A DNA stretch of 51,455 bases, filler included, from Bipalium vagum (Eukaryota), in NCBI GenBank assembly GCA_037834085.1. It is 3 parts of 3 records of this genome, joined end to end, with 100 filler letters (N's around TTAATTAATTAA, not from the genome) between each part and the next. Parts side by side here need not be neighbours in the genome. Positions count along the whole stretch, not along the records: positions 1 to 19,885 come from JBBMKC010265443.1; 2 more parts are not named here. One strand, written 5' to 3'. Within the stretch, counting starts at the first letter, position 1, and every line of letters starts with the position of its first letter. Shown here in pieces: positions 1 through 16,878 of this stretch. A program made the position numbers and the translations under genes. The notes under the pieces are model-generated. The model worked only from the letters and a program-made list of their open reading frames with translations. It was not told where the DNA came from and ran no database searches.

Positions 1-37
<37 letters not shown>

Positions 38-38
38 C

Positions 39-75
<37 letters not shown>
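1..75. repeat. (TAA)n microsatellite at contig start
   Basis: Direct reading: near-perfect TAA repeats with one TCA interruption. Confidence 0.95.
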
Positions 76-77
<2 letters not shown>

Positions 78-574
78 GTTTTGGCAGTATTCAAACACGT
101 TTTATTGTGATTATTTTGATTCAATTAGGGTGCGGATTATTGTGTTATTATTAGGGCAGTTTTTTTTAACCTACAAAAAAATTTTTTTAACTTTATTATT
201 AAAAATTTTAACCGTATTTTAACTTTTAGCGTACCTTAATGCCTATTAAGGCAAAGTATTTTTTAACTTAAAGAATTTTTTTAAACTTTATTATTTAACT
301 TTTTAACATTTCTTTAACCTTAAAGTACACAACAAAAGTTGTTTATTGTACTAAAATAGTCCGTTATACGCGGCAATCTCATAATGGCGTACATTATGGG
401 GATCAAAATTCAAATCTTTGCAAACCATATGTTTAACAATAGAAAAGCTTCTCTCCACAGAGCAGGATGTTGGCTGATATAACTTATTATTATTAAGTAA
501 TAATAATTTTAAATCCAAAAATCATGATAATTAAACCAGTAAACACAAATGCTTTTCAAACAACCATCATAATC

Positions 575-645
575 ATTGTTAGTTGAAAATTAATCGGAGA
601 TACCGAGATTTGAACCCGGGACCTTCACATGCGCATGGACTGCTC
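575..645 (-). mobile_element. tRNA-Ala-derived SINE-like repeat, copy 1
   Basis: Minus strand reads GCATGTGAAGGTCCCGGGTTCAAATCTCGGTATCTCC, which resembles the 3' half (T-arm/B box, acceptor strand) of eukaryotic tRNA-Ala. The 5' half is missing. It shares its downstream tail (TTAATTTTCA.CTAACAAT) with the copy at 42749-42804. Confidence 0.6.
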
Positions 646-2184
646 ACAATCATAATAATAAAATTTTCTTACCTCATAACTAAGTAATTTTAAAAGTCCT
701 CTCTTTATTAATTTAACATCTTAAATATTAACCTAATCTTAAATATTTTCTTTAAAAAACTTTTTTATTATGACCATTTTATAACTAATTTAATATATTA
801 CAAAATTATAAAGGCTTATGATATTTTTGTATCGAGACCACTATATGTCAAGAGTAGTTTGATATCTCAAGTCTCATGGGACGAAAACAAACATTATATA
901 TAAGGGCCTCATGAAGTAACCAAAGATGAGGAAATAATCCAATATCCACTGCTCACGGTATATTGGAGGAAATAATCTTCTGAGGAATGTTCTTTATCCC
1001 TAATACTTATCACCTGAGTAGCCTGAAAAACTAAGGCTCAATAGTGTGAGGACAAAAAGACTGATCAGGATTCGGAAATATTATGGTTATTTTTTATGGT
1101 ACTTAGTGTTTGGCTTTTAGAGTTATGTTTAAGAAAGATATTATAGTATTTTGGTACTTTTTATCGTGTTGGGGTATTTTTTAATGTAAATTTTCAGAGG
1201 GGATAGGTCTTAAAAACCTTGCACATATTCCAACACCCCTAGTATAATCCGAGAAATAATTCAAGTCTTTATTTTATTTTTGTGTGATATAGTTTTGTTT
1301 GTTTTGAGTTAAGGCATATGGGTTTCTTCTTGGAATATACGAAAGGATGATGTACGGGGGGATTGGGAAATACAACCTCTAGAGTCAGATAAGGTCAAGT
1401 GTTTTTTGATCCAAGTTGGTTTGTTGCTTTGGTATGATGAATTAGGAGACGAAAACCTGCGCATCCGATGAAGGACAGAATTAAGTAAATTTTCTTCATG
1501 TTAATTTCTCACAGTGCACCCCTACCAAGCCGAAGACTGGTGAAATGACAATCCGGTGAAAGGCGAACACAAACAGACGATTGACAAGATTCTAATAAAA
1601 CGAAACTCGATGAAAATTTTAAAAATAACAATGAATTATGAAAATGTTTATTAAAATAAGTGTTGACTTTTTTTATTTGTGCAACGAAAATAGAACATTA
1701 AGTGAGGAGTTATCGATTACGAGCGAAAGTTACTTTGTAAGGGGATAATAGTAACAATATTATCCTCTAATCCTAAAGATCTCTCTGGACCCACCACAAT
1801 CGTTGTGGTTTAATCTTTATCATTATAACCTTTTTCGTCACGTTTCTACAACAATATTTCAATACTACCATCAAAATTAAATTTCACCTCTGTCACTCAT
1901 CAGTTTGAGAGTTGTCCTTATAGGAACCTTCGACCAATCAGATCGTTTCCTCCTGAAACTGAGAATTAATTCTCATTAAGTCAAAAATAATTAATCCTGC
2001 TCAACTCGAGTAAATAGTGTCTATTGAGCCCTTCCTGGACAAACGAATCAATTAAAACCAATTTCTCTTCAGCCAAATATTGACAAAAAAAAATAGTTAC
2101 TTATACCGTACTCTGGACAAAAAATAGTTAACTTCGTCCTTTTCAGTATAAAATATTATTTATTTCATTATTTTTATGAATGAA

Positions 2185-2187
<3 letters not shown>

Positions 2188-2242
<55 letters not shown>
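2188..2242. repeat. (ATT)n microsatellite
   Basis: Direct reading. Confidence 0.95.
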
Positions 2243-4155
2243 GCACTGTTTTCACCTCTATATTGACAAAATATTAATTACAACAGGCATATATTTATAA
2301 TGTTAAAAAAATCAAAAATTCAAACAAATTTACATTATTCTTGATTGGACAATTTGGTTATAATTGATTAATTATTATTTATTTAATTGAAAATTATTTT
2401 CAAAATGAAAAATCAGATATATTTGTAAAAAATAATAAAGGTTGTCATAGCAACATAATCATTAAAACAAAATGTTTCTATTGTCAAATTTATAAGTCTT
2501 AATGTCTAACTTAATTTGTTTTCAAAACAATATGATTTTCCAAATAGATTTATTATTATTATTATTATCATGTTAGTCCTTCAGTTAAGCGTTGTAAAAT
2601 ATTTAAATTATCAAACATCTTTGACACATTTTTACTTTTTTTGAAGAATTATTTTTATTCTGTTGCAAAGTACTATTGTAAAATTTGAACCTGTTCGATT
2701 TAATTTCTCCTAAAGATTAGGGATACCGCTCTTATGGTTCCAAATGATGCTAAGAAAAATTTATAAATTTCTTTTTACGCCACAGTAAAATTCGGAAGTT
2801 CTCATAAAAAATTGTATAAAATGACAAAAATATATGACGGTAACCTATGTGTCCTATGACGAATCGTCTTTGTGTTATCATTGTTTTAGGGCCTTTTGAA
2901 TTATTAATTATAGTCGAATTTATTTATTTTGTATTTAAAACTGTGTTCATCTTTAAAAAATTTTTCTTTTTAATGATAATTATTAAATCTGGCAAACTCA
3001 ATTACAGATGATAAAATCATAAGAATTAAAAACTTCATAACAAAATCATGTATCTAAGTAAAATTGGATCATGTAAAACGGATAAAATTTGTCATAGAAA
3101 TAAAATCCTTAAAACAAAGTTATTAATAAATGAATACGAATTGTAATTTTTTCGTAGACTGTTTCTTAGCATTGATACAGTAAAAAGACAATTTAATTAC
3201 CCTTTTTACTTCTATAACTTCTGTCAAGTGCCGTTTTTAATATTTATTTGGTAATTTTTTAATCAATAAACACTTGCACACTGTTTTCTAACTAAACTCT
3301 TAATTTAAGTATATTTTCCTTTTCTATAATTGTAATAAACATTTAATGTTATCTGTTCACGCAGACATTTTTGTTTTCAACTTATAAACGATAATATATT
3401 TCAACTGTTATTACAGTTGCCTTTGAATCATGTTCATGAAGCGCATATTAACAATTTTCTAAAATGTCGGCGATAACACAAAACGATTATTTATTCTCAC
3501 TTTTCATATTATTAAAACAATGGAATACAAAAGAATTTATTAGCAAATTTTATTATTATAACATGATAACTACATTTTAAATTAAAAAATTAACAACTTA
3601 ATTTAATGGTTAAAATTATTTTAAAAATTATATAAAAATCTTGTAAAAATAAAATTCCAAAAGATTAAAAGCTGAAAATAAAATACAAGTTAACAAATTT
3701 GAACAATTAGAAATCACGAAAAAACATTTTAATTCGCAAATTGACCTAAATGAAAAGTATTCAATTTTGTCTTTTACACTTCCCCGTATAATTACATTCA
3801 TTACCATTCCATTTTTCCAAGATGTAAACTGTGATCAAAAATTTGGAAAATTGGCTCCAGGGAAGGGAAACATATATAGAAAATGATGGTCAGTAATGTT
3901 ATGTCGCATAATTTCGAAAATTTTTAATGAAAAAAACTCATTCATTGTATCGAAGAGGAACAAACTCAATCTTCTTCAAATTTGATATTAATGAAAGTTA
4001 AATTAAACCTACCTATGCATGGAAAAATGAAAAGGAACATTTACTATTAAGCGACTGCTTGGAATTGAAGTCTTCATGTTCCTCTTTCTGTCAACTGGTT
4101 TTTAAATTTTACAAAAACTTTGTCATCATCAAATTTCATTTAGTGAAAAAGCTCA

Positions 4156-8807
<4,652 letters not shown>

Positions 8808-9656
8808 TCAAGAAAAATTATTTTTGTACAGTAAAACATTAACAATTAACGGCTGATATTGATTTCCATTGTTGAAGAGGATAATATTTGATGAATATTT
8901 GTCTATCGATTCTAATCTTCAATCAATCAATCCTCAAATAATCAATCTTCAAAAACAACTTTATTTTTGTGATTGATCTGTTGCCGAGATGATCATAAAT
9001 AGCCTGATGATGTTGGGAAAGTAAATATAAAATACCATATGATAAAAATAGACATAATTCATTCTTGGCATGCCATAATATGGCTTTCTTTTTCAAAAGT
9101 AATCCACCAATAAATTGTTTTCTGTTTCTAAAATAATAACAGATCGGAGAAGGAAATTAATTTCTTTCTACCACATAACGCACGGGCATGTCAATTCATT
9201 ATGACCTTAACTCCAAATTAAAGTATTTTATGAATAATATTGTTTAAAATGCCCACACATGTTGATTCGTTTAAAGACTTATAAAAATCCAATAATCAAT
9301 GTGTTCCCATAAATGATAAATTTTTGATTTTTGATTTGAATGATTTTTATTTATGAGTTTGAAATCGGACTTGATCTTTTACAATTAAATATTATCAATC
9401 ATTTATTTTTGTAAAAAGTTTTAATTAAAAGCAAAAAATTGTGTTATTTATCTCTTGTTTTAATGAATTAATTTTAATTATTTCTTTCATAAATCCTTTT
9501 GAAATTTTTGTAAAATTAATTAGTTTTAGTCATCAATGTTTATGGAAATTAAGTTATCCTGAAAATGACATTCTCGAATAAATGAATTTTTAATTACCAT
9601 AAAATAAAATATGGTAATAACTGACTGTAAAAAAATTCATGTTAACTTTGATGAAA

Positions 9657-11432
9657 TTAGGTGGACCGGAAAGTAATGTCGTTTTTTTCATATATTTCAA
9701 ACAAATAAATTTTTAATCAAAGACATAATCACCCCCCTTGTCAATAACCTTTTGCAATCTGCTTTGAAGATTTTCAAATCCGGATCGATAAAAATCAGTT
9801 GGCTTTAGAGCTGAATATTTTGATAAGACATTTTGAATATCTTCAAATTTTCAATTATTTCCCACATAGAAAATGTTGTAGCGATCAGAATAAATGAAAA
9901 TCTGATTGTGCAATGTGTTGGGTTCTAATAAAAAAAATTAGTTGACAATATTAATAATTAATAATAATAAAAATTAATAGTAATAAAATTAAGTTCATAA
10001 AAATATGGAACGGAAATATAATTCCAAATTTTCATTGAGCAGATAATGATGATAATAATGATAATAGGATAAGAATCAACCTTGGTGTCGAGGTTGAAAA
10101 GGAAGAATTATACTCCGTCGTGGGAGTTAATAATTCCTTTTGTCTCCTCGTGGAGACATAGATAGCAATCAGAGGCTATTGATGGAAATAGCCCTCTCGA
10201 AACGTAGGGATTGTTGATCGTAGCCCAATCTCTGCGACTATATAAAGAGACAGCTATTCTCATCAGCTACTCACAAATTTTTAGACAATCTGCGAGAAAG
10301 ATACAACTCGATTCTACAACACAATCTGTGAGACAGCCCAAGTCGACGAGAACGATCGGATTATTCTAGGTCTTCTAACAAGTGGATATCACAACGCAAA
10401 CAGATTTTTTAAGGTTTGAGAAGGAACGAACAGAACATTTTATAAAAGTGAAGAGATTCGAGTACACGAGCACATGTTACTGTGTCAAAGTATAGTAGTA
10501 ACAAATGTCAGGGAGTATGTTGGATGAAAAGCCTCTCACCCTAATTCATTAATTTTGTTCAGTGCTCATCTAGCAGTATCGTGTTGCAGAATAACACCTT
10601 TTCTGGTTTTTAAGTAAAGATTGATTTACTCTATCAAATTGTTTTCAGCAAAGGTCTGCATTCACAGATTGCCCGTATCCTAGCAGTTCGAACTGAATAA
10701 TTCCGCAATTACCTCATAAAACACACAAAAACATGGTTTAGCATTACATAGTGGAGATTTATTCGAGGAAACCCCCGACCTTTTTGTTTAGGATTTTCAA
10801 GTAAGATTCATTTTTCGCCTGCTGCAATCAAAGGATCAGAAAATATTCACGCGCTATGTCGTTGAACCAATAGCTGACATTCATTCATTCGATTAACTTT
10901 ATTGCTTTCGACCGGTTTATGAGGAGCCCAAATATTTGCTTTGCTTAATTTGCCAATCAGGCACAAATGTTTTGGGATTGTCGACCAAGGTTGATGAATT
11001 TTTTTGATATTTCCTCGATAGTATGACACTTATTTGCCTCTACATTCATTCTTCAGATGTCATTATCCAGAGTTGTTGGTATTCCTGATCGGTATGAGCC
11101 CAAAATATCCAAATTATCGGCTCTGAAATTTAAAAACCACCTTTGGCATTGGCGAACGTCCAATAATTTTGGATGGACATTGCAAATGTTTTTCGTTGAA
11201 ACTATTGCACTAGTGCACTTTCTAAATTCAAACAACATAAAATGCCGGATATTCCCCTGTTTTGGTATTTGAGTGACCATTAAAAGTAAAGCTACAAATA
11301 AAGTTGAAGATTCAATTTTGTACAAGGAAATAAGTTACTTTAACTTTAAAGTACATTTTGATTGATTTTAAAACTAGCAATCAAATGAAAAATGAAATAT
11401 AAAAACAAAAAGCGAAATTTCGATCCACCTAA
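9657..11432 (-). mobile_element. decayed full-length mariner element interrupted by a solo LTR
   Basis: TIRs TTAGGTGGACCG (9657) and CGATCCACCTAA-TA (ending 11432). N-terminus IRHFMLFEFRK...VRQCQRWFLNFR...RSGIPTTLDND; then RKGVILQHDTAR, HPTYS.DI|AQSDFHLF.SLQHFL; C-terminus KVIDKGGDYVFD*. Confidence 0.85.
9916..10503. mobile_element. solo LTR (588 bp) of an LTR retrotransposon
   Basis: Begins TGTT and ends AACA, flanked by a 4-bp direct repeat AATG (9912-9915 and 10504-10507). Removing it restores the mariner YS.DIAQSD motif. Contains an internal TATATAAAG near 10238. Confidence 0.8.
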
Positions 11433-11449
11433 TATATTGTTTTATCCGT

Positions 11450-12840
11450 AAATTCTTTGCTTTTAATAACATAAAACACATATTTTGTACAAATATATTG
11501 ATCATTTTGATTAATAATGACTTAAGAACTCTCAGGTAGTTTAATCATGAAAATTCTTCATTGTTTTACAACTAAAAATCTTTGAGGTGCGTTTTTAGAG
11601 TTTCAATAGACCTGAAACTTTTCACAGTCAGAGTTTTGTACAGAAAAACAGTTGATAATCATTCAGGACCGTACAATAGATATGACAGAATACACACTAC
11701 ATCCAGCGATTTCTGGCAAGTGACGAAATAGGTGTCGGAACGTGAGTCATGGTGATGAAACTCAACATATCTTCAATTTACCTATTCTGGACGCTTCTGC
11801 TTTAAAAGATTATTTAATTTTGGTAATTGCTGAAAGTAAACACTGGAATCCTTTTTTCTGTTAGATAATAAATTTTACTTCCATTATCGTCTCATACTTT
11901 TTAAACTTTTATACATGTGAAAAGCTGTCCAACGACGGTACGACTCTCTCAATATTGTGGTCAAATAAAAATATAAATACGCTTAATTTTTATTTTCTAA
12001 GAAAGTTGTTCATTATTTGATAATAAATATAATATAAATAAATATATAATTTAATTAAATTTGAAATTAGTTTTCATTCCTGGTGAATATGATCGTTGTC
12101 TCTGGATTGCTAAGGTTTTCTTGATTCTTCCTAAATATGTAAGTTTTTATCCGATAGTGTTTTCTGCTTAAATTGTCTTTCGCCAGTCAGCAACATCAAA
12201 AATCTCTTCCTACAATAAAGGCTATGTATACCTTTGCTGCTGCCCTTTATTAATGAATCCAATAAAGCAAGAATTCTGGAACTTTCATTTCTTTCTAAAA
12301 TATTGTTTCTAGTTGTCATAATTTTCTCAAACTTTACGTAAACTTGAGTGATTTTTCTAATTTTTATCTCGATAGTCCCAAGAATATTTTTATCTGCTGA
12401 TTGACTGTTCTCAACTAGAAAATATAATAATGAATAGAGAGTAATGGGAAGTCGGTGAACCTCAGAATTTCAATCAGTATAATGTATATGATTGAAAAGA
12501 TCAGAATGTCATAAAAACTCTAGTAATTTGTAACCTTTAGATCACTTACTGTTCAAGATTGTTTGGGTTTAAAATAATCCCCATCAATTCTTTATACCTC
12601 AGTCTCACCTGACACTTTCATTATTCAAAATCATCAATAAGTTAGGTTCTAAATCCACGACGACTAGAGATTAATTGTTCAACAGAAAGTTATTGACCGA
12701 AATCAAAACAAAATAAACGACCGAATTTGAAATCATCCCTCTACCGCAAGTACTATTAGTCAATTCAGGCGTAAGTTGGAAATCAATTTTAAAAACGTTT
12801 GAGCCTATTGTGTATTCTATTATAACTATCGGACGAGTTC
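11450..12840 (-). mobile_element. probable decayed retroelement sequence (pol/protease-like open frame plus LTR-like noncoding DNA)
   Basis: An open frame of about 100 codons at ~12131-12420 includes SADKNILGTIEIKIRKITQVYVKF, weakly reminiscent of a retropepsin C-terminal region. No diagnostic motif seen. Confidence 0.3.
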
Positions 12841-13513
12841 ATTTATTTAAACCAAGAAATGGAACAATATATTGAAAAAATATTTTTTACCAAAGTCAAT
12901 TGATATGATAATATAATTTGTAAGTAGTCACTAAAAACATCAAAAAATTTCTTTTCATACTGAAAAGTAGGCCAGAACTGTTGATAAATATTATAATATT
13001 CAATTTTGACATTTTTCAACTTCTTTTTAAGCTTAAATAGTTTTTTCAATTTAAATGTGTTCTCAATTTATGTTTTATCTGTTGACTTTTTCATTTATTT
13101 ATTTGTAAAGAAACATATTAACAAAAGAAACCACGTAACATGCAGTGAAAAAAATAATGATCAGAAAAAGATAAGACTTCACTGTTGCTTATCATTCAAC
13201 TACAAACTGGTATATTTCGTTTTCTGTACTTCACGTATTAAGCATGACTGGTTTTCATTGTATGTAGATTAAAGTCTGTAAAATAGCGCAAATATTTTCT
13301 TATTTATTTTTATTATTTTCTTATTATTTTTTATTTTATTTTTTTTATTGATTTTATTTTAATAACTAACAACAGAATATTTTAAACTTTGACCTTATCG
13401 ATCTTTTTTTTTTAAAATTATTCTTTTTTTTTAATTTTAAATAAGAAATAATAGTATAAGTATGCGTGACCATGAGTCGAACAGAACAAATAATGCGGGG
13501 CTGGCTACCACGG

Positions 13514-15156
13514 CTATTTGATCTCAACTAAGCGGGTATTTTTGGCTACAGTCTGACCCTCCGACACATTTATCGACTGCACGACTCCGCTGGAACCGGC
13601 CCGAATGGTGTATTCCATTTTCATGGCAATTAAGGTCAACAGTGAGTCGCCCTTATTCACACTTTGACCGGGCTTGACGAAAATCTTTTCTATAATGCCT
13701 GGCATAGGAGAAATGCCATGAAGACTCCCGTCACCGGTTTCCGTGGAACCGGCAATGTCACCGCCACCCAAGGACAATCCCGTGGTGGGAATGGTGAACG
13801 TGTTCCGGGCCCCTTGACCACCTTCATCAAAAATGTGAATGTCCAGACCATCCCGGAACACTGTCAGACGGCTTTGGACGTCGTTGATTTGTAATTGAAT
13901 TAAAAATCCACCTAGACCAATGTTACTGCTGCCTTGGCAACCTGAGATCCCGATTCCTGATGGCGATAAAATAGAGCCGGAAATCGTCCACTGTTGCAAC
14001 GATTGACTGTTACGATCGGTGTTATCGTTATCAATCGATTTTAACGATGATTCCACAACAAATCGATTTACCGCTCTACTGTCATGTCGAATGATGACGT
14101 CCACAACGTTGTCATCGATCGATTTATTGACTAATTGAATTTTCTCTACGCAATCGTGATTGAGACGGAAGCCCGACAATTCCCCCGACGAAAATGGCGA
14201 ATATCGATCCTCATTAATCATCGTCCTCATCAATGATCGTCTGTGGTCGTTGTTGATGTTGTAATCGTTAACGCCACTGTCACTTTTGTGGGTGTTGCTC
14301 GTGTCAAAAGTGTCAGACGATGTCAGATTGTGACAATCAATCAACATCATTACAACGGCCGCTCTGCAAAATTCCAGATTCTTGTCACCATGGGAAGACG
14401 GCTGCAAAGAATCGAAGAGTGACGCCGAATGCTGCTTGATGAAATCCGTATGGACTTGACCCGCGAAAAAATGATCATTGGTCGATAAAGATCGCAGAAA
14501 ATCTATATTGGTTGGCAGTCCGACGATATGGTACGATTTAAGCGCGGCCGTCAGTTTCTGCAGAGCCGACGATCGATCATGGGACCAAACAATCAATTTG
14601 GCGATCATTGGGTCGTAGTGCACGGAAATCTCATCGCCTTGCACCACACCGGTATCGATTCGAACGTGATCGAGTTCGGTCACGTCGGGAGTGCGCATAA
14701 ACTGGATACGACCGGCCGTTGGCATGAAAGCATCGGGTTTAGAGCAGTCTTCTGCGTAAATGCGTGCCTCGAAGGCGTGACCCTTCGGTGTCAGCTGACA
14801 CTGATCGATAACAGGTAAACGCTCTCCGCCGGCCACTCTCAGCTGCCACTCCACCAGATCGGTTCCCGTTATCATTTCTGTGATTGGGTGCTCCACCTGT
14901 CAAGCGAAAAAAATTTTAAACTCTTATTTACTTAAAATCTTTATCTCAAAAATCACAAAAAATATTGATTTTCAATAAAATAAAAAATGAAAAATATTAA
15001 TATTAAATGAAAAAAATTAATATTTATTGCTACTTATTATTTTAGTTTATTGACTACTTATTTGATTTTACATATTGACCTACCGGTATTTATTATTATT
15101 GTTTTTTTTTATTATTTTTTTTTTTATTATTTTTATTGTTATTATTATTTTTTTTA

Positions 15157-15187
<31 letters not shown>

Positions 15188-15928
15188 ATTATGATATTGA
15201 TTAAATATTACATTAATATATTGATTTATTTTTATATTATAATATTGATTCATTATTTTATTCATATTAACTCGATTGAATTTTCGCCTTCAAAATCGAG
15301 TTTTCCAAATTCACAAAAATGACAAACTTGGAGCCTGGTGTTCATTTCCATGAAATAGAAATCGTGCTTGGGATCCATGATGAACTCCACCGTTCCGGCA
15401 CCAACATATCCGACTGCTGCAGCCGCTTTTACCGCGGCACTGCCCAGTTTTTCTCTTATTTCCGGTGTTATACCCGGTCCGGGAGCTTCTTCGATAATCT
15501 TTTGATGTCTCCTTTGCACGCTGCAGTCACGCTCACATAAATGCACATAATTTCCATAATTGTCCCCAAAAACTTGCACCTGTTCAATGAAATGGATTTC
15601 TTGAATATTCAATACACAAAATTAATCAATGAATTTTAAATAATTACAATTATTATAAAATTATAATTATAAAATGTTTTATTTTTATTTAATAAATAAA
15701 AGTAAAACTAATTAATTAAATTAAGCTATTACCATTAATAATTATTAAAAATCAGTAAACATTATTATAAATTAAAAGTAATCGATAATGATTAACATTA
15801 ATAAAAAATATTCACTAATAATAAGAATCATTAATAACAAACAATAATCAAGATTTAACATGAAAAACCAACATTAATCAATAATATATTTTACTAATAA
15901 ACCTAATCAATAAAAATAATAAAATCAT

Positions 15929-15968
<40 letters not shown>

Positions 15969-16878
15969 TAATAAAAATACTTCAACGTGTCGCGGAGTTT
16001 CGACGAACTTTTCCAAAAGCATCGCATCATCGTTGAAAGATTTCAGAGCCTCACGTTTGGCCGACTTGAGCTGCTCAGAGAAATCGGTCTGACTCCACGA
16101 GATCCTCATTCCTTTACCGCCACCGCCTCTATTGGCTTTGATCATGACGGGAAAACCGATTTTTATTGCCTCCTGTAACAGATGACTTTCCTCTTGATTA
16201 TCTCCATGGTAACCTGGAATAAAGAAATTTTCAATAATAACATAATAATAAAATCAATAATAATAATATTGTTATTATTAAATAATAAATGATAATTAAT
16301 AATAATAAAAAAGATTTTATTTCACTTTTCCTATATTTTCCAATAAAATTGATTAGTTATGAAAAACAAAATTAAAAAAATAATAAAATTATAAAAAACA
16401 ATAAATCGACAAAAACCACCTTTAACAATAGGAACGCCGGCAGCCTCCATTATTGATTTACTTGTGTTTTTGATACCCATGTCTCTGATAGCTGATTCAG
16501 GTGGCCCGATAAAAATGACATTGTTCAATTTGCAAAGTCTTGCAAATTCAAAATTCTCCGAGAGAAACCCATAACCGGGATGAATGGCTTGGGACTTGGT
16601 TTTTTGAGCTACTTTTAGCAAGTGATCAGCTCTCAAATAACTTTGCTGTGAAGGAGCGGGTCCAATACAGTACGCTTGAGATGCCTGGTAAAAATTTTAT
16701 ATTTCAAATAATTGTCTTTATTAATTTTAAAAACCATTTTGACATGGAGAGCATCTTTATCAGCCTCGCTGTAAACGGCAACAGTCTCAATTCCCATGCG
16801 TTTGGCTGTTTTAATTATTCTGCAAGCTATTTCACCCCTGTTTGCAATGAGAACTCTCGATATCCTGGTCATTGCCAT
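13514..16878 (-). CDS. MCCC1: methylcrotonoyl-CoA carboxylase subunit alpha (biotin carboxylase + BT + biotinyl domain), 758 aa, 5 exons
   Basis: Exons 16878-16735, 16684-16420, 16213-15981, 15579-15328 and 14896-13514; all introns GT-AG; total 2277 nt in frame. Motifs: [96 protein letters not shown]. The biotin site IAMKME is MCC-alpha type rather than the EAMKM of PCCA. Confidence 0.93.

Noticed and set aside
1-75. (TAA)n at both window ends as telomeric repeats
   Set aside because: Same orientation at both ends, and identical tracts occur internally; these are microsatellites where the assembly broke.
596-645. Functional tRNA-Ala gene
   Set aside because: The 5' acceptor strand, D-arm and anticodon arm are not intact; treated as a tRNA-derived repeat.
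860-890. Hammerhead ribozyme (GTCTC-AT-GGGAC-GAAA stem; also CTGATGA...GAAA on the minus strand near 1880-1905)
   Set aside because: The first lacks the CUGANGA core; the second lacks a proper stem II and an NUH cleavage site.
1455-1500. LLNSVLHR on the minus strand as the missing KCNQ1 exon 5 (LLGSVVFIHRQ)
   Set aside because: The upstream frame contains a stop and no RFLQILRM/DRQGGTW; coincidental similarity.
15050-15322. Poly-Tyr/Ile ORFs (also 15080-15265 and 45924-46154)
   Set aside because: Translations of (ATT)n microsatellites inside introns or intergenic DNA.
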